Source: Octopus sinensis
Taxonomy: Eukaryota
Assembly (NCBI RefSeq): GCF_006345805.1
Contig: NC_043011.1
Location: 12,090,001 to 12,154,000, forward strand
DNA length: 64,000 bases
Direction: 5' to 3'
Position numbers and translations under genes: made by a program. Below, piece after piece: positions 42,101 through 51,889 of this stretch. The stretch's first letter is position 1. The number at the start of each line of letters is the position of its first letter. The notes beneath the pieces were generated by a model. The model was not told the origin of the DNA. It did not search any database and saw only the letters and a list, made by a program, of their open reading frames with translations.

Positions 42101-45100
42101 TGCTTTTAAAATTGGAAACATTTGTGCAGATAATGCCCTGCTTCGTTCCTATTTAATTTTCTGCATGTGAGCATCATCTCCATGCAACCCAGACATCTCA
42201 TGGCAGATACACATTGCTTCTATGAACAAAGATCTTGAAAATGACATGACAACCTAATTTTTCTTCAGAAGCATCATGTCACAATCATTACTCTTATCAA
42301 GAATTTATTTCTATTTTAATGTAGATGATTTAAGAGGAAAACTAGGTGTAAGAGGCATCAGATGTTGCATGCAAGAGAAAAGACTGCACTGGTTTGGTCA
42401 TGTGATGCGTATGGATGAGGACAGCTGTGCAAAGAAGTGCCGAGCTCTGATTGCGAAGGGTACCTGTGGAAGGGGTAGGCCTAGGAAGACATGGGATGAA
42501 GTGGTTTGCAAGGGTCTTCAGACACTGGGCCTCACTGAGGAAATGACAAGGGACTGGGAGATGTGATTAGCTGTCCAGGTGCCAGTTGTCTGTTGTGACA
42601 TGGTTTCTACACTTGGATGCCCTTCCAAACGCCAACCACTTAAGAGTGTGCTGGGTGCTTTTTACATGTCGTTGGCATGCATGCATTTACGTAGTACTGG
42701 CACAAGCGTTTTTTATGTGGCACCTGCACCTGAAGGGATAAGCCTGTATGTGTGGAAGGTAGCGATTTGACTTTGCTTGCTGCAGAAACCATGCCACAGC
42801 AGACAACTGGCATCTGGACAGTTTCCAGCTGACCAGCTCCATGTCAAACCATCCAATACATGCCAGCATGGAAACAGATCTTAAATGATGATGATTAGTA
42901 TTTCTTAATTTCACATTCCATTTACCTCTAAATGACCCACTTTTCATTTCAGTGGCTGACAATCTCAATAATGGTTTGGGTTCAGAAAAAGAATTTTCTA
43001 TCAACAATTTGAATCACATTACAATAAACAGCTCATGTTCATCACCCATGGATACCAAAATGGAGTAAGTAACCACTTTCACAACTTTGTTGGCTCATGC
43101 AAGTGATGTACGCTTGGAAATACTGTTCACATAGACTTACTCTAAAAATACAAATAGTACATTTACATATCATTATAGAAAAATTATAGGATCTACATGT
43201 AAACTATAATGAAGAAAGCTGCTTATTAATTAGGTATGTAACAATTACTAAGTGTACTAAAAGAAAGCAATTATTAAAAGGTTGACCATCTGGAAATATT
43301 TTTATAAATTCATGTTCTAAGAAATTGCCTACAATTTCGATTTCTTAAGTTTCTTGAATTTTTAAAAATTTCTCACAAATTTAAATATTCATTGCATTCA
43401 CTGCATCCTATTCACAAATTTAAATATTCATTGCATTCACTGCATCCAATTCACAAATTTAAATATTCATTGCATTCACTGCGGAGTATTTCATTCTCAT
43501 TTGCAAAGTCTCTCATTTTCTCTTTTAAGTTTTAATTCGCTATTTGGAAAACCGATTGTTGATTCTATTAATGTATACGTAATTTAAAAACATTATTTAT
43601 TGAATGATAATTTTCCCGTATAATTTTGGAACATGGGATAGCTGTGAGAAGAGCCTAGAAAATTGAATAATTACTATTAGAAGATGAGGAGAAAAAATAG
43701 TTACCGACAAGTACTCGAAACTTACACCTTATTCACAGTTGCCAAACACTCTGTACCACTAAGCCAATATACACAAACAAGCCGCACAAATGACTTTAAC
43801 AGTGACAAAACTCATGCAACACATAGATACACATACACACAAACGAAAGGCAATGAATGTGTGTGAATGTTTGCTGTTCACTGACAAAACTTCAAGCTGC
43901 ATGACTTTTGTGAAGTTTGGTCAGTGAACAGGTTGCCATTTCAAAGCAAAGAAAATATTTTGACACAAATGAAATTTTAATGTTGAAGTGAAACTGGTAC
44001 TACATAAATACAGGTGTTACGTACAAAGCATTTTAAATGTATGTTGTGTGGATGTGTAATGACACCCTAACTAACACTAAAACTAGCCCTAACCTTAACC
44101 CTAAAAACAATTGTTTTTGGTTCAGCACATGATCTCACATCAAGTCACTTGCAATGCAAGTACTTCTCTGTAATTTTTTTTAAATCACTGTGGATAAATA
44201 CCAGCAATGACCTCAGGTTCCTCTGATATTTGAATTTCTAAACAGAAACAATTGGGGGCAGGGAGTGGGGTTGCAAATGTATTTATGGGGGGGAAATTTT
44301 GAAAAACATCAATACATGCAAGAGTAATAAAGAAACAAGGAGGGTTGTCTTTGGATATGCTAGAAACAACAGCCAAATCACTCACTTTTCTCTCTGAAAA
44401 TATTAACAATTAAAAAAAAATTTTTTTTACCGAAAATGCTCTTCCCATGATTTTGAAGTGCAAGAAAAAATTGGTCAACATAGGTCTGGAGGGGGTGTAA
44501 AAAAAAAGAGTTTACAAAAATGCCCCCCCCCCCCCCATCATTTTGAAGGATGTGGTTTAAAAAATAATAAGGAACATCCCTGAAAAAATTTTCCCCACAA
44601 ATTTCTTTATAATCATAATCTATGTCATTTGAAAGGGATTTGTATAAACTTTCATTAAAAGATACCGATCTTCCTAAAAGTTACAAGAGAAAAAAGTCAG
44701 GTCGTGTGAATTTTTCAACTCTTCTCTCCACCCCTTTGGAAAAATTCTTTCTCATAAATCCCTATATACTTTGAAGCCACAACATCTAAGCAGTATTTGT
44801 AGAAAATTTTAAAAAGTATCCATTTTTCTGGATGTCATGAGGTAACAAATGTAGTAATGCCCTTTTATTTATACGATTTTTTCATTTCATGTTTATTTCA
44901 TTCATTGTTTACAATGTTCTCTCTCCCCACACACTCGCTCTCTCTCATATACTGCAAAGCTTACAGAAGGGCTGCTGAACTGAAATCTCTGGGGAAGGTA
45001 AAACTTGACAACCCGCTTCTCCCTCTGTTGTTGGACTACCATGATGTTTGTTTAAAAAATAGAGATTATGACTGTGATAAAATAAGGAAAGCAATACTTA

Positions 45101-48100
45101 CTAAGCAAGTGAGCACTATTATACAAAGAAATAATTAGACATAAAATATAAAAATTATTAGAACTGGAAACCAAATGTGAAAATATTATCAAGGGGCTAG
45201 CAGAAAACCACCCGGAGGGTAGTCTTCTAGTAATAATAATGATAATGATATTAATAATAATAACTTGCTGGACCTGTGAAAAATTCATGGAAAATATAAA
45301 AGATGTGAGCTTCTGTAAATTGTGTGTTGGTGCCATGAGAAATGGTGACTGTTACAGAATATAGAAAGATGTGTAAAGCTGATAACTATATAATCCAACC
45401 AAAATATCTCAGTTACACAAACCTAAACAGAATTACTATTTAGCCTTAAAATACATCGTACATATTCAAAGAACCTTCTTAGTTTAGTGGTACGGAATGT
45501 TCTTCTGGTATCCTTTTATTCTTTTATTTGTTTCAATCATTAGAAATCGACCCCTGGACTTATTCCCTGTAAGCCTGGTGCTTTTTCGATCAGTCTCTTC
45601 TGCTAAACAGCTAAGTTACAGGGATGCAAGCACACCAACATCAGTTGTCAAACAATGGTGGTGGTGTGTCAAATGTAGACACAAACACACACATAAATAT
45701 ATGATATGATATAATATAATATATATATATATATATATATGACAGGCTTCTTTCATTTTCCATCTACCAAATTCATTCATGAGGCTTTGGTTGGTCCAAA
45801 GGCTATAGTAGAAGACACACTTTAAAGTATAGAGTTGAATTTCGTGTAGCCACCTGTTGACAACTTTTCTCTCCCACCCATTTTGTAGTGGGTATTACCC
45901 ATTTTCCTGGATTCTCTTCACAGCCATTCCCTATTTGAAATTTGCATTAATTTTTGTATGAAAAAAAAAAGAAATGAAGGGAAGCGGGTTTGTTTGTAGA
46001 TTGTTGAGAAAATGTTAAATGTGCCTGAAAAATACATGGTCCCCCACCTCCACCCCCAACTAAAAGACATGAAGAACTATGAAAGAAGGCAAATAAGTAC
46101 CGGGGGCAGGGGTAAGAAGAGAGAACTAACACTTGATTGTTCTAGAACTCCCAGAATATGAACGTAAACACCTGAAAGACTTTCTCTCTATTCATTACTA
46201 AATGTCTTTCCCTCTTCTTCATTGTTAGAAGTAAAGAAGCTAGAAAAAAAATCGATCGTATTTCAGTCTAATTGTCATTTCAAATGACTGAGGCTTTCCT
46301 TTCTCTGACTCTATCGCTTCACTTCTTTCCGCTCTGGTTAAGAGAGTGAAGGTGTGTGGCTCAGTGGTTTGGGGTATTTGGACCACAATCGGAAAGTTAT
46401 GAGTATGGTTCCTTGCAACGTGCTGTGTAATTGAGCAAGGTTCTCCACTTCACTTTGCTGCAGTCCACTCAGCTGGCAAAAATGAGTTTTAGCTGTAATT
46501 CAAAGTGGCCAGCCTTGTCACATTCGGTGTGAGGCTGAATCTCCCCGAGAAATACCTTATGGTATGCATGTCTGTGGAGTACTCAGCCACCTGTGCGTTA
46601 ATTCTATGAGCAGACTGTTCATTGATTAATTAAACAGGAACCTTGTCATCATAGCCGACAGAGTGCCATTTTTTAAAAAAGGTGAAAGAAAAGGAAATGT
46701 TCCATATCGTAAGGCAAAAATGTCATCTGTTTAGTATAAACAGTGAAAGCCAAGACGAAATAATCGCTATTCTGTCGTGTATTCACACTTGACTCAATTT
46801 GATAACAACAGCCTGTGCATCGGTGTTTATCTGGATGCTTGGGCTCCAGATCTGTGAGACCCACAAATGCCACTGTTAGGACCAGATTAACACCCATAGT
46901 GACACTAACAACTAAAAAGATTTTCTTGAGGGTAATCCCTTTTAAGTTCAGTGTAATGTATTAGCTTTAATTTTAACTAATCATTATCTTTTGCATTTTG
47001 TCTATATTCTTGCCTTTGGCTTCAACGGTAGAAAATTCTTCACCTCTGACCAATTGCTGACCAAATACAATGTTCAAATAAAACCTGCAATGGAGTATGG
47101 AATGGTACTGTTCATGCACACATACATATCATAAACTATATCTTAACAAAAGCCATCTGACTGTTTGCAAGGGCTCCATCATACATCAACTTCAGTTCTA
47201 TGAAATGCATTGACTGAGAGATGAGCAATAGAAGCATGGGTGCAAGAGGTGTGAGAGGTAAAGGCGTGCGTGTAAAAGATGTGGCTGACTGTGGTATGGG
47301 TAACAGATGTGTTATGAGAGCGACTTGGCATTGTTTCGCCAACAGTGTTAGCCAGATAAACATAAATTCACATAGTGACTTGTTTGATATAAGATTGGCA
47401 TAAGAGATGTTAAAATCCTTGAGCAGAAGTCAAGTGTATGTGCCATCTAGTGATCGTTGTTGGGCTTCCATAAAAGCCCAACATGCCTAACCGTAGAGCA
47501 GAACAGATTCTGCTGTAGCATGAAACAGGTGTACTTTTAGGTCACGTGACAGTTTTGGTGCTTTTCAAATTTTCAGATGCTGACAATGTTATCACTTTAT
47601 GAATGTTAAGTCTTCTGTACTGGCCAAGCAACTATGAAAGCTCAGGTAACAGAGATCAGCATCTGACTCGATGAAAGTGTAAGATTACCCTCACTAGCAT
47701 TTTCACTAACCCATGCTAGCATGGAAAGCGGATGTTAAACGATGATGATAATGATGATTATGATCTTCATCTTCGAGTAGTTTATTGAAATACTAACTGC
47801 AATGGTAACCAACTCCAGGTTGAGAGTTCCAGAATATTGCTTTTCTTGAGAAAAAGATTTGTGTTGGAATAGACTAAGAATGATGATGATGATCATCATC
47901 ATCATTGTTTAGCATCCGCTTTCCATGCTAGCATGGGTTGGACAGTTCAACTGGGGTCTGGGAAGCCAGAAGGCTGCACCAAGCCCAGTCTGATCTGGCA
48001 ATGTTTCTTCGGCTGGATGCCCTTCGTAACGCCAACCACTCCATGTGTGTAGTGGGTGCTTTTTACGTGCCACCAGCACAGGTGCCAGATGAGGCTGGCA

Positions 48101-51100
48101 AACGGCCACGATCAGATGATGCTTTTTATGTGCCACCAGCACGGAGGCCAGGTGAGCCTGGCTATGGCCACGATCGGATGGTGCTTTTTACGTGCCACCG
48201 GTATGGAGACCAGTCGGGGCGTCGCTAGCAACGGCTACGTTCGGATGGTTCTCTTATGTGCCACCGGCACTGGTATCACAGCTACAATTTCCATTGATGT
48301 TGATCGATTTTGATTTTGATTTTGATTTTGAATTTTTGATGAGAAGGTGAAATGCTGGTATATCAGATGAATGTGAAGTAGGGTGGTACACAGCTTGCTT
48401 GGTGAGTAAAACAGGTACTATTGTGGAAGTGGTAGGAAAGAGACTGAAAGTCTGAGATAGTTGAGGTAATTTGAGGGTAAATGAAGCCTTGCAAATCAGT
48501 CATTGGTCATATGATATTATTCATTTATTCCCCCAATTAATTATTGATATGTTATTTATAGCCCAGCAAATCCCGAAGGATTGACAGCATTGTGGGTAGG
48601 AAATGTTTTACCTGAAGTGTCAGAAAAGAAATTAAACCAGTTGTTTTCAAGGTAAGTTTGATATTTTTTGTTATTGCAAGCTGGTCTGTGAAATTATATA
48701 GTCATGTGGTATTGGGATTCAACAAAATCTTGGGATCTTTTCAGTTTGAACGGCAGTTTTTAACATAATTTCTAGGTAACTAAAAAATTTTAAACTTCGT
48801 ATACTGGTAGAGTGTGTTTATAAAACATCTTTTTCTCTTGGCTTTATTGAGAAAATTCTATAATTTGTAAGATATTTGTTGTTTTTTTTTTCTTCAATTT
48901 CTGCAATTTCAACCAATCACTGACGTCTATTGAGGTAAAAAACATTCTGTGCCATATGAATATGTCCTTCGTTTAAGAAACAGATTGGGTTTATTTACAT
49001 TTGTGAAGAAAAAAAGATACCCTTCCCCCCACCCCTAACCCTATCCCTAAAACAGATTGAAATGCAATAGATCGATACTAGAGTCATAATTATGGGTGAC
49101 AATTTCATATGACACCGCTAGAAAAAGCTGCCGTTCAAACCGAAAAGATCCAAATCTTGAAACATTGGATACATTATTAAAGAGAAACAATGGAAAATAC
49201 ATATGTATATGATATTTATAGTACTGTATAGTTTGGTAACAAGTACCCTCATTATCATCATTATCATCATCATTTAATAACCATCTTGGACAGTTTGATG
49301 GACGCTGGCAAGTTCTACTCAGTTTTGGTATGGTTTTTACTGTTGGATGTCCATTCTAATTCCAGCCACTTTATAGAATAAACTGAATGTTTTTTTACAT
49401 GACACCAGCACTGATGATGTCTGTTTTGACATGGTTTTTAAGGCTGGATGCCATTCCTAATGCCAACCATTTTACAGAGGGGACTGGCTGCATTTAACAT
49501 GGCACCAGCTCTTGTGAGGTCACCAACAAAATTGCAAGGCGATTGTAGGAGGTGGCTTTGTGCTAGGTTACAAGAGGTTAGAGTATGGCAGAGGAACAGA
49601 AATAAGTGTCTTGTGGTAGAGCTACATGGTTACCCCAGTCAGAGGGAGAGAGAGAGAGAAAGCAAGTGTGAAAGAGAACAAAGGTGAGAGGGAGCAAGAG
49701 AGGTGGTGATGCACCAGAGCAAACTCTCAAGGTATGGAGATGAAAATATAAATGGGATGGAGAGTATTGCCTAGGATTCATGAGTAGGGAATTCATGTGA
49801 ATGCAAAATAGGAGGATGCAGTGACTGGTGAAACCCGGGTATATAGAGGTGGAGGACAAGAAGACAGCAATGATACAGTTAGCAGGGTAGAGAGGACCGG
49901 ATTGGGCTGCAGGAGTGGGAAGGGAAGGAGAGGTAAGTGGAGTGCATGAGAAATGTGAGGAAGAGGAGATGTAGTTTGGTTTATTGAGGTAGGGTATGTA
50001 AAAACTCAATGTTAAATGTGGGTAGATCATACAGTACTACCAGAGCTCAGTTTCACTGTGGTGGGTGGCTCTTCTCAAGAACTTCGTATCATCAGACATC
50101 TCATTCCATTGTCATCTCCTCTATGAGGCCCAACATCTTGAGATGAGTCCTCACTACTTCTTTCCATATCTTCTCGGCTCATCCTCTCCCTCCAGTACCA
50201 TCCTTTTAAAGTGATCAGCACTTTATTACAACTGTCTTCATTCATATGCATCACATGTCCCATCCAACATAGTCTTTTCTCTTGCATGCTGCATCTGATT
50301 CCTCTTATGCCCAACTTTTCTCTCTGCACATTTGCACTTTGTTGTACATGCTCCCTAATGTTGCATATCCATCAAAGCATACCAGCTTTATTCCTGTCTA
50401 GTCTGCTCATGTCTTCTGCATTCAGAGTCCACATTTCACTATCATGGAGTATAGCCATTTGTACACAAACATCATATGATCTGCTTTTCACTCTGGGAGA
50501 GAGTCCTTTTGTTGTCAACAGAGATAATAGCTTTCTGAACTTCCTCCACTCTATTCTAATTCCTGCAACAATACTTTCAGAACATCCTCCACCACTGCTA
50601 ATTTGGTTATCTAGATAACAGCAACTAACTACCACTTCAAGAGAGCCTCCTGGGCATTTTGAGAGAGTCTAATTCCTGAGTGTTCTTAGTGCTTAATGTT
50701 CCTGTGCATCTGCCACATACAAAGACAACTTTCTCTGTTAACCCACCTGCGATTCCACTGCACCTCTTATGTGTCCACAGCTTGCACTGCGTCTGACAAA
50801 TGGAATTTCTTCCAACACCTTTCCTACATATTGAGTAGGGCTATTTACCTGATGGAAAGAGATTCTCATTTGGTTTCTTGATAACAACAACATTGCTGTG
50901 CTTCCGTAACTGGAACTTCACCAATTCTGTTACAGATTCTGCAGTAAGTATGAGAAAACAGCATGTTGTAGTAGGGCATCCGGTTTTAAATTCCTCTGTT
51001 ATGGCCTGGAGAACTTTGATGAATAAAAGTGGACTGAGAACTGAGCCCTGGTGTATCCCTTCTTGTACACTAAATTCTTCAGTGTACTTGTGGCCAACTC

Positions 51101-51855
51101 TTACCCTACTGACAACACAACTCCACATGACTTGTACAGCTCTAACTTACCACTCATCTACTCCTAGCTTCTTTAGAGACCACTTGACAAAGGAGCAAGG
51201 TCAATGAAAGCCAAGTGCAATGGTTTATTTTTGGCTAGATACCTCTCCTGCAATTGTCTCACTGTAAAGATGGCATTTGTGGCACTCTTCCCAGGCACAA
51301 AACCAGACTGCATCTCATCTACCCTATTTTTGCTAATTGCTTTAGGTGCTTATATAGTCGTAACATGACATAGACACCCCTCTCAGTCTCTCATCCAACA
51401 ATGCATTCAGGATATGTAATTGCTGGCGGGTGGGGAAAGTGCTTCACCAGAAATTGGTTGGTCCTCATTTACAGCTGAGTAAACTGAGACAACGTGAAAT
51501 CACGGACACAAATCATTGTTCCATCCAGGTAATGGACCCGCAACCTTATACTCGTGAATTAAATACTGCACATTATCACCTGTTGTATGCATTTACATAT
51601 GTATATATATGTGTTGGTAGACATGTATACCTCTCCACAAGAAATAGCAGCTAAATCTTTATCAAATCACACCATACCATGAAAGAGACATTGGGCTATA
51701 GGGACCTAGGCTTACAAAAAAGAGGAGATAGTCACTGCTGAAATGTCTTTCATGAAAGATCTACTCAAATATAGCCTACTTAGAACTATGCCACTGCTGC
51801 TGCTACTACTACTACTACTACTACTACTAACTACTACTAACTACTACTACTACTA

Positions 51856-51889
<34 letters not shown>

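Noticed and set aside
43373-43482. 39-bp repeats, and 23-24 bp repeats at 22446-22512, considered as CRISPR-like
   Set aside because: Head-to-tail tandem units with no unique spacers, in eukaryotic intron context
44170-44830. MITE-like AT-rich segment with poly-C/poly-A runs
   Set aside because: Could not identify matching termini or a TSD
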